Shown: piece by piece, positions 45,530 to 55,809 of the stretch
Layout of the letters: each line of letters starts with the position of its first letter
How positions within the stretch are numbered: position 1 is the first letter of the stretch
Origin: an uncultured Nitrospinota bacterium
GTDB lineage: Bacteria > Tectomicrobia > Entotheonellia > J063 > CAVPRW01
Assembly (NCBI GenBank): GCA_963707985.1
Contig: CAVPRW010000017.1
Coordinates: 32,001 to 96,000, forward strand
Reading direction: 5' to 3'
Length of the DNA stretch: 64,000 nt
Notes under the pieces: model-generated
The model's input: the letters and a program-made list of their open reading frames with translations, nothing else
Database searches by the model: none
Told to the model about the DNA's origin: nothing
Position numbers and translations under genes: made by a program

Positions 45530-47250
45530 CAGGCTGTCTCACCATGAAAGATCGAGCCAAAGAAGATGGATTTGCGGCGCTTGAGCATCCCGTCGATCGC
45601 CTCTTGCATCCGGTGTTGCACGTCCTGACTGATGGCGCGCACGACGGCGGGGTCGCGTGCTGCCTCAGGTGGATACTGCTGTTCAATATGCAGTGGCGGC
45701 AAAAACTGTGTGTGCCATTTCGTCGGCAGTGGCAACGGCAGCAGCGGAAACGTCGGCGTGATTGGGATGAAGGGCCACAAGGTATACTGCTTCCACCAAC
45801 GCCAGTCAATTCTCCCGAAAATCGGGAAAATCTCCGCGCTGCCGACCGTGACAAAGGGGACGATAGGTGCAGAATTGCGCAGGGCTGCCTTGACATATTC
45901 ATCTCTGCCAAACTTCCCCAGGCGATAGGCCTCGCGATAAAACCTGAAGGCGCCCTCGATGCCTTCGGGGAAGATGACTAACAACTCATCGCGCTGCAGG
46001 ACATAATCCGCGTTCTCACGACTGACCTTGATCCCGCCTAGCTTGGCAAAATCGAACGGCACAGGGATTTTGAACAGGGTCGGATGAATCAAGAAGCGCG
46101 GATAACGGCCAACCTCCCGGGCAATCACATGGAAATCCATCACTCCATCAAAAGGCATGAATCCGCGGTGAATTCCAGTCAATACTGCACGCCCCGCACG
46201 TGGCACGTGTTCGATCCCCTGGACCTCAATACGCCAGTAGTAGTCATGCAGGAATTTGAACACAGTTCGCATACACCTCTCGATGTAGCGCACGTCCATT
46301 CCGAAGTCATCGAAGCTGGCAAGAGCCGTCGTCTGGTTCCAAGTTCGCCGCTTTCGATCATCGGGCGGGTTCGCCTCCGAGGTCAGAAGATCCAGCAGCG
46401 CTTCAGCACTGGAGCGTTCGGGTACGAATCCCAATTCATGCTTGATTTTCTTGTTGGAAATGGTCCATGAATAGCGGATGTACTCAGTCTGATCGATGCC
46501 ATGGGCCGCACCAAGCGCAGAAAGCACCCGGCGGGATAAGCGCTGCACCCCGCGGGCGATAGGCACCCGCGTCGAGCCGGCCATGCGCAGCGCCACACGC
46601 AGCGGGATCACTCCATCGGGCGCCACGTTGTACACCCCGGCGGCGTTGCTCTCAACGACGCAACACACCGCATGCGCGAGGTCGTCGGGGTGCAACAACT
46701 GCACAGATGGATCGTGCAGGGGGAGGGTGATCTTCAATCCCCCACGCAATAACTGGCTGAAGTAATCCATACCGCCGCGCAGCGGCACCGAGGCAGGCCG
46801 TAAAATTGTCAACTGGGTATGTGAATCTCTACTCAGATACTGCGTGGCAAGCGCCTCAAGTGCCATCCACCGCTCGCTCATCCGGTTCTGCCCATGGTAT
46901 GAGGCGAATTGTGACTCAGCGATGAATCCCGGGTTGCGCGGACTGGCACCGTATATCGCTGCACTCGACAACAGGACAACCTTGGCGATGCTGACGCGGG
47001 CGCATTCCGCAAAGACCGTTTCCGCCTCTACCAGGTCAGGCGTCGTGTCGTATGAGCTGCACAGCCGAGGACAATATACCACAAAATCGATATCATGTAT
47101 GACCAACAGATTAGCGTGGCTACCATTCAGACTTGGGGCCCGCTGACAGGCATCGACGACCGGGCTCTTGCTCAGTCTGTTCGCCAGGTAGTGCAAGAGA
47201 TTGCCGCTCGTATCGATGACCATCACTCTCGCCATGACGGTTCTCCGCAT
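45529..47250 (-). CDS. Extended-SDR/epimerase-like domain fused to a lysophospholipid acyltransferase domain
   Basis: LLSSAAIYG, TILRP, YNVAPDG; then HRGFMPFDG (HxxxxxD), IFPEG, PIVP. Confidence 0.85.
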   Translation of the reverse strand: MRRTVMARVMVIDTSGNLLHYLANRLSKSPVVDACQRAPSLNGSHANLLVIHDIDFVVYCPRLCSSYDTTPDLVEAETVFAECARVSIAKVVLLSSAAIYGASPRNPGFIAESQFASYHGQNRMSERWMALEALATQYLSRDSHTQLTILRPASVPLRGGMDYFSQLLRGGLKITLPLHDPSVQLLHPDDLAHAVCCVVESNAAGVYNVAPDGVIPLRVALRMAGSTRVPIARGVQRLSRRVLSALGAAHGIDQTEYIRYSWTISNKKIKHELGFVPERSSAEALLDLLTSEANPPDDRKRRTWNQTTALASFDDFGMDVRYIERCMRTVFKFLHDYYWRIEVQGIEHVPRAGRAVLTGIHRGFMPFDGVMDFHVIAREVGRYPRFLIHPTLFKIPVPFDFAKLGGIKVSRENADYVLQRDELLVIFPEGIEGAFRFYREAYRLGKFGRDEYVKAALRNSAPIVPFVTVGSAEIFPIFGRIDWRWWKQYTLWPFIPITPTFPLLPLPLPTKWHTQFLPPLHIEQQYPPEAARDPAVVRAISQDVQHRMQEAIDGMLKRRKSIFFGSIFHGETA

Positions 47251-47316
47251 TACGGAGGAACAAGACCGCGCTGATGCAGCACCTCTGCTCTCAGGGGGAT
47301 AACGAGCACTGGGCTT

Positions 47317-47350
47317 CCCTCACCCCAACCCTCTCCCAGTGGGAGAGGGG
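47317..47350. repeat. REP-like palindromic element inside the 3' end of the desaturase gene
   Basis: CCCTCACCCCAACCCTCTCCC-AGT-GGGAGAGGG hairpin. Confidence 0.55.
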
Positions 47351-48858
47351 GCACTGGTGTTGCGGGAGCCGTTGGCGGTGCCGTTAGTGATCATCTTGGC
47401 GACTTTTATCGCCGACATGATCACGGGCGTGATCCCGCCTCCGGGCTGTACCCAATGGCCCACGAAGTGCAGATTCTTGATTGACCCGACAACATCGATA
47501 CGGTGAGAGCCGAGTTGATCGGGCGACATCTCCCACCCCAGCATCGCCCCGTGATGATTGAGCGTATAGCGGTACGAGGTCAGGGCTGAGGCGCTACATT
47601 TGACCACCACCTTAGCGGCGAAACCGGGGATCAGCCGTTCGAGGTTGTCCATGATGTATTGCTCGACCGCCGCCTTATGTGCGGCCCAGTCCTCTATGGT
47701 GCGGTAGTCGATGTCCAGGACTTTTTGGATGATCATGATATGGTTGCCATCGCGCGCCAACGCCGGCTCGTGCAGAGTTGGGACGAAAATTTTAAATTTG
47801 AGACCGTTGCGCCCAACCTCGTCTGTGTCCCACGAGTTCCAGTAGTAGCCATGGACCTCACGTAACACCTCGGTGGACATCTCCTGGAGCCCGATGTGTG
47901 TCAGAAAACAGGGGTAAGTCGGTCGCAGCTTGCGGATGGCGACGAGATCATCGGTTGCCAGGTGTTCGGGGCCCACCATGCGCTCAAGGGTCCGCAGTAA
48001 ATCGCCATTCGACACCACCTCATGAGCATGCACTCGTACCACGTGGCGATCGCGCCCCCATCCGGTTTCGACCTCGACTCCGTAGGCGGTCTGCTGCTTC
48101 ACGAGAATACGGGTGACGAGCGATTGCAGCAGGATCTGCCCGCCTTTCTCCTCGAAGCGTTGTGCTAGCTCGTCCGCAAAGGCCTGCGAGCCGCCACGCG
48201 GGTAGTAATTCCCGAGGAAGTAGGACAGCCTCAGCATCGAGTCGAACACGAACGAGGTCCGTGATGGTGGCGAGCCCCAGTGTGGGCAATCAGCCGTAAG
48301 CAAGAGCTTGAGCTTCGGATCACGAAAACACTGCTCGAGCATCTGCCGCACGGTCAAGCTTCGATACTTCTCCAGCTGGCTGGTGGCGCGTCCACGAAAG
48401 TAATAGAGAAGTCCGAACATGTAGGCGTCACGCACCGCCGCGAAGAAGTCATCCAGGGCGCGGGCTTCGGTGGGGAATTCGCTCTTGAGTTGCGCCATGT
48501 AGCGATCGAAGTCCGCTGGCACAGCGAACTTCGACCCATCGGGGAAATGAAATTGATCGACGGGATCCATTTTGACCCAGCCAGTGGTGAGGCCCAGGTC
48601 AACCAGGAGCTTGCCGGTCATGGTGTCCGGATTGCCGAGCAGGGGGTAGAAGTGCGTGGCCGCGTCAAAGGTATAGCCTTTGCGCCGGAACATACTGCAA
48701 TAGCCGCCGACCGCATAATGTTGTTCGATCAGGAGGACGCGCAACCCACTGCGTGCGATGAGGTTGGCGCAGATCAACCCGCCGATGCCAGCACCAATGA
48801 CTACCACATCGTAGGTGCTCTGTGGGTCGCTCCGTAAGGGTTTGAACGGTCTTGGCAT
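47320..48858 (-). CDS. Phytoene desaturase / retinol saturase family FAD oxidoreductase
   Basis: DVVVIGAGIGG, GGYCSMFRRKGYTFD, YPRGG, NLHFVGHWVQPGGG. True start is ATG 48858 rather than 49107. Confidence 0.9.
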   Translation of the reverse strand: MPRPFKPLRSDPQSTYDVVVIGAGIGGLICANLIARSGLRVLLIEQHYAVGGYCSMFRRKGYTFDAATHFYPLLGNPDTMTGKLLVDLGLTTGWVKMDPVDQFHFPDGSKFAVPADFDRYMAQLKSEFPTEARALDDFFAAVRDAYMFGLLYYFRGRATSQLEKYRSLTVRQMLEQCFRDPKLKLLLTADCPHWGSPPSRTSFVFDSMLRLSYFLGNYYPRGGSQAFADELAQRFEEKGGQILLQSLVTRILVKQQTAYGVEVETGWGRDRHVVRVHAHEVVSNGDLLRTLERMVGPEHLATDDLVAIRKLRPTYPCFLTHIGLQEMSTEVLREVHGYYWNSWDTDEVGRNGLKFKIFVPTLHEPALARDGNHIMIIQKVLDIDYRTIEDWAAHKAAVEQYIMDNLERLIPGFAAKVVVKCSASALTSYRYTLNHHGAMLGWEMSPDQLGSHRIDVVGSIKNLHFVGHWVQPGGGITPVIMSAIKVAKMITNGTANGSRNTSAPSPTGRGLG

Positions 48859-48865
48859 GCCGCTG

Positions 48866-50086
48866 TCACTCGATGTGGGGCCGGTTTCTGCCGTAGGTTT
48901 CGTGCGCGTCGACGAACTCACCACTGGCGATGGCGGCGCCCATCGAAATCTCCCCAGCCAGAAGCGTCGCCGCAACAATCTCGGCAAACTTGGCGGCGTG
49001 CCCGCTGCCAGCACAACCAAGCATGCCCAGACACTCACGACTCGTCCCCAGTCCGGTGCCACCGCCCACCGTTGCCACCGTGAGAGAAGGCAGGGTGACG
49101 CTGGCATAGAGATCGCCGCCAGCCGTGGTCTCGAAGTTGGTAATGCCAGTGGCGGCGTTCACGACATTGGCCACATCCTGACCGCAGGCAATGAACATGG
49201 CGGTGAGCCCGTTGGCATAGTGGGCGTTGTAGCCGACGGCATTCGCCTGCACATGGCCCAGCATGGTGTGGTGCCACATATCAAAGAGCTGCTCCGGAGT
49301 GGTGTGGAGGTAGGCTTTCACAATGCGCGCCGGCACCAGGGCGCCGGCGGTCACTTTCTTGCCTTTGCCTCCGGAGAACAACACACCACTGGCGCGCTTT
49401 TCCGAGCTCAGACCGCTGAAGATGTAGAAGTGCCTAGCACGACTTTGGCGCATGATCCACTGGCAGGCCTGCTCGGTCGCCTTGACGATCATGTTCATGC
49501 CCTGCGCGTCGGCGGTGTAATAACAGAAATTCACCATTACTTCGCGACCGACCGGGTGGCATTCGAGACGTAGCAATTTGCCGTGGCGTGTCGTCGATTC
49601 AGCTTCAGACCGGATCGTCTCGAAGTCCGCCTGGAGATGCTGCACGAAGTCATGGGCGTCGCCAATATCGTCGAAAAAAAACACGGGCGAGATGCGATTC
49701 TCGTCCATATACAAACGCGTCACAACCCCGCCAGCTCGGCTCAAGGTGACCATGCCGCGTTCATACGAGCGCACCAAGGCCCCCTCCGTCGTCGCCAATG
49801 GCACATAGAAACATCCGCGAGCGTGAGTGCCATGGATTAGCAACGGCCCGGCGACACCCAAGGGGATTTGCGCGGTGCCGATAGGATTTTCGATGTTGCC
49901 GCGCATGTCTTCACTCGCAAGCGAGTAGGCGCTGACATGGGTGAGACGGCATGCGGTCTTGGCTTCGAGCCACTGGCGGCGACGGTCAACGTCAGACGAC
50001 GTGTACCCTTGCGCTTTCATTCGGGGCACCAGGTCGAGAGGTCCTGATTCATCAACCGCCGCAGACAAGGTTGACATAGGTATCAC
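48866..50086 (-). CDS. Class I HMG-CoA reductase homologue
   Basis: ENPIG, PLATTEGALV, DAQGMNM, ACGQDVA, TVGGGTGL, LAGE, C-terminal His. Confidence 0.88.
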   Translation of the reverse strand: MIPMSTLSAAVDESGPLDLVPRMKAQGYTSSDVDRRRQWLEAKTACRLTHVSAYSLASEDMRGNIENPIGTAQIPLGVAGPLLIHGTHARGCFYVPLATTEGALVRSYERGMVTLSRAGGVVTRLYMDENRISPVFFFDDIGDAHDFVQHLQADFETIRSEAESTTRHGKLLRLECHPVGREVMVNFCYYTADAQGMNMIVKATEQACQWIMRQSRARHFYIFSGLSSEKRASGVLFSGGKGKKVTAGALVPARIVKAYLHTTPEQLFDMWHHTMLGHVQANAVGYNAHYANGLTAMFIACGQDVANVVNAATGITNFETTAGGDLYASVTLPSLTVATVGGGTGLGTSRECLGMLGCAGSGHAAKFAEIVAATLLAGEISMGAAIASGEFVDAHETYGRNRPHIE

Positions 50087-50095
50087 CAGGGTTCC

Positions 50096-51346
50096 TTAGC
50101 GATCATCACATCGCGCCACAACGAGGGCACAACAGTTTCCATCGAGGCCGACCGAGTTGATAAGGCCGCAGCGCAGGTCGAGTTGCTGATTATGAGGGCT
50201 CGCCATGGTCAGCGGAAAATCGGGATCGAGGTATTCCAAGTGCCGAATGCCAGGCAGCACACCCTCGCGCATGGCCGCCAGGAGCGCCACGGTCTGCATG
50301 GCTCCAGAGGCGCCCAGTGTCTCACCAAGCATGGATTTGATGGCCGTCACCGGCAGGCTCGCGGACTGCCCATCGAGGACTGCCGCCACAGCTTGAGCTT
50401 CGTTACGGTCCCCCAGTACGCTGCCGTTGGCCGAAGCGCTGAGGCAATCGATATCATCGCCGCGCATCTGGGCGTCTTGCAAGGCCAGCCGTATTGCCCG
50501 TGAGATCGCCTCGACGGCTTGCACGCCTTTAGTGCCCCGGGAGACGTCGTAGGCCGTGGCATGCCCTTTGATCTCACCCCACACCGTGGCTCCACGAGCA
50601 GCGGCAGCATCAGCGTCTTCGAGCATCAGTAGGGCGGCTCCCTCCCCCAAGGCAAAGCCATTGCGTCTGGCATCGAATGGAATAGGCCATTCGCCGGCAC
50701 CATTGTCTGCCGCGCACAACCAGCCAGCCCGAGCAAAGCCATGGAACGACTCGAAGCACAATTCTTCAGCGCCTCCGGTCAGGATTGCCGTCTCTTGACC
50801 GCTGCGGATCAGCTCGGTCGCATAGGCGATGGCTTGTAACCCAGAGGTGATACCACCAGCGATCGTCGAATTCACACCGCGCAGATCGTGCCAGATAGCG
50901 ACCTGTCCGGCTGCGGCGTTAATCACCGTATTGGCGAAGTCCATCGGGCTGACGTTTTTCGGTCCTAAGACAAGGCCACGACGGTCGAACTCCGAGATCG
51001 TATGCACGCTACAGAACATCGTCCCAAGTACCACTCCGACCTCGCTACGACGACGCAACTCTACCGACCAGCCACTGTCGTCCAGGGCCAAGGTTGCTGC
51101 CGCAGTAACCAGCCGCGAGGTGCGGTCCAGTGCTCGCAAATTGCGCTCCCCCAGGTAGGTCTCTGGGGCGAAGGAGCGGATTTCTCCTGCCTGATGGCAA
51201 ACCAGTCCATCGGTGCTAAACGACTCGACAGGGTTCAAACCGCTGCGGCCTGCACACAGTGCGGTGGACAACGCCGCCGACGAATCACCTAGAGAAGAAA
51301 GCACACCGACGCCGGTAATCACCACCCTGCGGTCCATAGGCGTCAC
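50096..51346 (-). CDS. Chain-length-factor-like inactive ketosynthase
   Basis: KS fold with TAC replaced by GGI, HGTGT by SANGS and GH by GE; overlaps the KS stop codon. Confidence 0.85.
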   Translation of the reverse strand: MTPMDRRVVITGVGVLSSLGDSSAALSTALCAGRSGLNPVESFSTDGLVCHQAGEIRSFAPETYLGERNLRALDRTSRLVTAAATLALDDSGWSVELRRRSEVGVVLGTMFCSVHTISEFDRRGLVLGPKNVSPMDFANTVINAAAGQVAIWHDLRGVNSTIAGGITSGLQAIAYATELIRSGQETAILTGGAEELCFESFHGFARAGWLCAADNGAGEWPIPFDARRNGFALGEGAALLMLEDADAAAARGATVWGEIKGHATAYDVSRGTKGVQAVEAISRAIRLALQDAQMRGDDIDCLSASANGSVLGDRNEAQAVAAVLDGQSASLPVTAIKSMLGETLGASGAMQTVALLAAMREGVLPGIRHLEYLDPDFPLTMASPHNQQLDLRCGLINSVGLDGNCCALVVARCDDR

Positions 51347-52563
51347 GCCTCACATTTCTTCAGGATCAACGACGAGTTGTTGCCGCCGAAGGCGTAGGCA
51401 TTGTTCATCGCCACACGCACCTGGTGTTTGCGGGCCGCATTCGGGACATAATCAAGGTCGCAGATGGGGTCCTGTTCTTCGAGGTGCATGGTCGGTGGAA
51501 TGCAATCGTGGCAGATGGCGAGGGCACACACCGCCGCTTCGATGGCGGACGCCGCTCCCATGGTATGGCCGAGCATAGATTTGATGGAGCTGATCGGGAT
51601 GCGATAGGCGTCGTCCTTGAAGACGCGTTTGACTGCGATGGTTTCGCATTGGTCATTGGTTGGCGTGCCGGTGCCATGGGCGCTGATATAGCTGACCTCG
51701 TGCGGTTGTATGCCACCATGCTGGAGAGCTTTCTGCATCGCCCGCGCCGCCCCATCACCCTGTGGGTGTGCGGCGGTCATGTGGTGTGCATCGCAGGATA
51801 AGCCATAGCCGGCGACCTCGGCGTAGATATGGGCTCCACGCTTGAGGGCCCGAGACAGTGGCTCAAGTACCAGTATGGCTGCGCCCTCACCCGGGATCAT
51901 GCCCTTGCGATGACGATCGAACGGCTGGCAGACTTGGGGGGCAATGGCTCCGAGCCGAGCAAACCCCGCGTAGGTGATCCGTGAAAAGGCGTCGGCGCCC
52001 CCCGCCAACATCACGTCTGCTCGGCCCGAGGACAGTAATTCAAAGGCATGTGCAATGGCGTAGTTGCCGGCCGCACACGCGGTCGGAATCGTCATGGCGA
52101 CCCCGGCCAAACCGAGCTCCGTCGCGATATGCGCCGCAATGACATGGCAGGGATATAACGCCATGAACTCCGGCCCGCTGCGCTCCAACGCGGCGTTCAC
52201 GAAGTAATCATCGAAGCGCTCGACCTCCCTGGGCTCGCCTGATGTCGTTCCCATCGACACACCAGCCCGTTCCGGCTCTATCGTCTGTATATCCAGATGG
52301 GCATCCGCAATGGCGAGGCGGGCTGCAGCAGTGCCAAACTGTGACGCGCGACCCATCGAGGCGGGATCAAGGTGCATGAGATAATCTGCGGCATGGAAGG
52401 CTTTGATCTCGGCTCCGCGGTTGACTTTGTAGACACTGGTATCGAACGACTCGACCAAGCTGAAGCCCGAACGGCCCGCCAACAGAGCGTCCCAGAACGG
52501 ACCACATCCCGTGCCGATAGAGGTAACCAGGCCTAGGCCCGTGACCACGACGCGCCGCTGCAT
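51343..52563 (-). CDS. Beta-ketoacyl-ACP synthase (FabF/type II PKS KS)
   Basis: TACAAG, AHGTGT, KSMLGHT; intact C-H-H triad. Confidence 0.95.
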   Translation of the reverse strand: MQRRVVVTGLGLVTSIGTGCGPFWDALLAGRSGFSLVESFDTSVYKVNRGAEIKAFHAADYLMHLDPASMGRASQFGTAAARLAIADAHLDIQTIEPERAGVSMGTTSGEPREVERFDDYFVNAALERSGPEFMALYPCHVIAAHIATELGLAGVAMTIPTACAAGNYAIAHAFELLSSGRADVMLAGGADAFSRITYAGFARLGAIAPQVCQPFDRHRKGMIPGEGAAILVLEPLSRALKRGAHIYAEVAGYGLSCDAHHMTAAHPQGDGAARAMQKALQHGGIQPHEVSYISAHGTGTPTNDQCETIAVKRVFKDDAYRIPISSIKSMLGHTMGAASAIEAAVCALAICHDCIPPTMHLEEQDPICDLDYVPNAARKHQVRVAMNNAYAFGGNNSSLILKKCEA

Positions 52564-52575
52564 CTTGCCCTCACC

Positions 52576-52827
52576 TCATACCTTCGCCAGTAACCCTTGC
52601 TGCACTAGCGCGACGGCATCCTGTACCGTCCGAAGCTGCATGAGCTGTTCCTCGGGGATATCAAGCGCAAACTGCAGCCCAATGTCGACCGAGATCTCAA
52701 GGAGCACGAGGGAATCCAAGCCGAGGTCTTCCTTAAATGAGGCTGAGTCCCCGATGTCTGCCAGGTCGATATCGCTGACACTCGCAACGACTTTCTTGAT
52801 GCTGTCTCTGATCTCTGCTTCCGTCAT
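52576..52827 (-). CDS. Acyl carrier protein
   Basis: DLGLDSL motif; acidic 83 aa. Confidence 0.95.
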   Translation of the reverse strand: MTEAEIRDSIKKVVASVSDIDLADIGDSASFKEDLGLDSLVLLEISVDIGLQFALDIPEEQLMQLRTVQDAVALVQQGLLAKV

Positions 52828-52848
52828 GGCTTCCCTCCATCGGCGGCT

Positions 52849-53241
52849 TCAGCATGAATGTTCTTGTGTGGTATAGGCTATAAGGTCCTGGATCGCATGA
52901 CGAAGAGCACTCAGGACATTTGCCTCCGACGGCTCAGCGATCTCCATGCGCCCCAGGCATAGCTGCTCGATAAAGGCAGCGTTACCTTGCGATGCCAGGG
53001 CGAGGATAGTCACCTCGGGACATTCGGCGAGTAAATGGCTGCCCAGCCCCAATGCCACAGCGTCTTCCAGGGCGACGATGATCACGTCGGCCGCCGTCTC
53101 CTGCGCGGTGCGGACCACAGCCGACAGGTCGAGGACCTCCCCCACAATTTCCATGTCAACCTGACGCCCAATGAATTGCCTCATCACCTCCCGCATAATC
53201 CTAGGACGACCGTTAGTTAAGAGGATTCTAATCTTCTTCAT
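52849..53241 (-). CDS. Stand-alone degenerate receiver-domain protein
   Basis: IRILL..MEIVGE..ADVII..ILAL NarL-like N-terminus without canonical phospho-site residues. Confidence 0.65.
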   Translation of the reverse strand: MKKIRILLTNGRPRIMREVMRQFIGRQVDMEIVGEVLDLSAVVRTAQETAADVIIVALEDAVALGLGSHLLAECPEVTILALASQGNAAFIEQLCLGRMEIAEPSEANVLSALRHAIQDLIAYTTQEHSC

Positions 53242-53510
53242 GTTCTAGTCTTTATCGTGACACTCTCCTGTATCTCACCCTGAGGGAAAGGATAAACCTG
53301 CTGCCGCGCTTAGACAATGGATCGAGGTTTCATATTCCGATCTATTCTGACAAAAAAATTAGGTTTATATTTCGTAGACCATACTTCTGGATGTCACGCA
53401 AAAGTACTGGTTACATTGTGCTCATGACTGACTAGAACCACTGACTGGCACGAACCGAGATCAGGCGCGCCAAACCTGTGGGATACGCAGTACTATAGGT
53501 TTTCCCGGGT

Positions 53511-54179
53511 TCAGTGCACCCTTCCCAGCATGCCCCGTTCTCTGGCATACAAGGCGGCCTCTCGTCGGCTATGGAGTTGGAGCTTTTCCAAAATATTATG
53601 GACGTGGTTCTTCACCGTCTGGATCTCGATCTCCAAACGGACGGCGATTTCTTTATTACTGCACCGCTCCTCAATCAACGCGAGGATCTGGCGTTCACGA
53701 GAGGTGAGATGCGGCAGGTCGAGGCGCTGAACCTGCGCCCTGGCGTGAGCCTCTTCCGCAATTTGGGAGAAGAGCAGCGCGATGATTTTCGGAGAGCACA
53801 GGGCCTCGCCTGCCACCAGAGCCCGAATGTTCTGCAGCAGCTCCTCCAACGATGCTTCCCGCTGCAGCAGCCCAGCAGCCCCTGCTTCGATGCAGGCCAG
53901 AACGTCGGCTTCCGATTCGGTAAGGCCCATCAGCAGGAGCTTGGACCCTGGGGAAGCCTCGCGCAGTTGACGTGCCTCATTCAGGCCATTTCGCCCCTGC
54001 TGGGAAAAATCCAGGATGATGACATCCGGACACAGTCTGCCAATTTCTCCTAAGGCGTCACTAGCCCCGTCGGTACAGGTCACCACAGCGATGCCGCGTT
54101 GCTGAGACAGCACAAACGCAAGCCCCTCGCGAAAGAGACGATTACGGTGGATTATCGCTACCCTGATAGCGTTTTGCAT
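53511..54179 (-). CDS. NarL/LuxR family response regulator
   Basis: REC (DVIILD) plus LTSRE..SNKEIA..TVKNHVHNILEKL. Confidence 0.93.
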   Translation of the reverse strand: MQNAIRVAIIHRNRLFREGLAFVLSQQRGIAVVTCTDGASDALGEIGRLCPDVIILDFSQQGRNGLNEARQLREASPGSKLLLMGLTESEADVLACIEAGAAGLLQREASLEELLQNIRALVAGEALCSPKIIALLFSQIAEEAHARAQVQRLDLPHLTSRERQILALIEERCSNKEIAVRLEIEIQTVKNHVHNILEKLQLHSRREAALYARERGMLGRVH

Positions 54180-54756
54180 GGCTCTTTCTCCCCGACCTTT
54201 GCATGCAGCCGCATTCGAGATGAGCGGGGACTTTTCTTCGGCTGATATAGGCGTGAGTCGGCATACCGCGTGAACAGGACGTAGCTCATGGAAAGGGTCG
54301 TCTCAACCTGGCTCACCAAAATGGACAACGACCCCGACGGGCGTCCGCCAATCCTAGACCAAATAAGCCCAGAGCCCCAAAGACCACTGCCATATGGCCG
54401 TTGGAGTCATCATGGGCAGTTGTTCTAGTCAATACACCAGCAACTGGGGTGAAAGGCATACATCACCTGAGGGATGGCCTATGCCAACCCAGATGCTGTC
54501 AGGAGATTGCCGTCAGGGGTGGGTACGAGATAACAGGGTGGACCGGAGAGTAGCGCTCCTCTCGTGGAGTACAGATACCCTCACACGTGGAAACCCCAAG
54601 AGTCTTAGAGAGGTGATGCAAAAGTATCGCGAAGTATGACGAATTATAACAAACCTGGGCCGGAGGTCAAAAAAAATATTCTGCGGGTGCATTGACTGAC
54701 ATGGCAATGCGGCGGCTCGTCAACATCGCAGCCCCCGCATTGCCTACCGGGTGGGT

Positions 54757-55769
54757 TCAGCGCGCCTTAGCCTGCATCAAGACTGCATAGACCTCCGGAT
54801 TGACGACATGCAGCGGGCGCTGGCCGGTGAGTACCCGCGCCACCTCTTCCCCACAGCGCTGCGGCACCTTGGCCACTGCCGCTGTCGAGTAGTATGCCGC
54901 GTGTGGCGTCAAGATGACGTTATTCAGGCGCGACAAGGGATTGTCAGGCGCCGGGGGTTCGTGTTCCTGAACGTCCAGCGCCGCGCCGGCGATCCATTGT
55001 TCTTGCAGGGCGCGAATGATGGCCTGTTCATCGACCACTGGGCCACGCGAGGTATTGATGAGGCAAGCCGTGGGCTTCATCTGCCGGAGGAACGCCTCAT
55101 TGATCAGATGACGGGTTTCGGCGTTCAGCAGGGTGTGGACGGAGATGTAATCCGAGCGCGCAGCCAACTCTCGGAGGGAGAAGACCCGCTCCACTCCCAG
55201 GGCCGAGAATTGGGCATCGTCGACATATGGGTCGTAGGCGATGACGTGCGTCTCCAGGGCCGCGACCCGGCGGGCAAAGGCTCTACCGATGTTGCCGAAG
55301 CCCACAACGCCGACCGTCTCGCCATGTAAGGCTCCCAGAGGGCCTGGTGGCTGGGATTGCCAGATCCCTGCCTTGACCTCGTTATGGAGCGTCGGAATGC
55401 GCCGATTCCAGGCCAACAGGAGGGCGAGGGCGTGGTTCGCCACTTCTCGGGTCCAGATATCGGGAATGTTGACCGCCACAATCCCCAGGTCAGTCGCTGC
55501 AGGAACATCGATCACGTCATAGCCGACGCCGGTCCGCACCACCACTTTGAGCTGTTTGAGGGCGCTCATTACCCGACGCGTCATGGGAGACGACGACACG
55601 ATCAGTGCATCCGCGTCACGGGCGCGCTCGATGATTTCGTCCTCGTGTCTGGTGAACGGTAACGACTCCAGGTGTGCGGGCACGTGTGCCAACGCCGCTT
55701 GACAGTCGCTAAAATCTCTCGGACTACGTCCTTGAATGACATAGACTTGTAAAGGACTGCATCAGCCAT
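54757..55769 (-). CDS. D-2-hydroxyacid dehydrogenase (CtBP-like), frameshift near the 5' end
   Basis: GVGYD, GFGNIG, INTSRG, ALDV..EP, TPHAA. Confidence 0.88.
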
Positions 55770-55809
55770 AAGCGCTCCTGCCACAATGGTGTATCGTTAG
55801 GGGACACAG

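Noticed and set aside
48859..49107. N-terminal extension of the desaturase ORF
   Set aside because: Overlaps HMGR out of frame; the FAD motif follows ATG 48858.
47320..50086. Carotenoid or mevalonate pathway reading
   Set aside because: No phytoene synthase, prenyl synthase or other mevalonate enzymes in the window.
50096..52827. Housekeeping fatty acid synthesis or aromatic type II PKS
   Set aside because: The inactive KS partner and accessory context argue against primary FAS, and no aromatase/cyclase of the usual families was seen.
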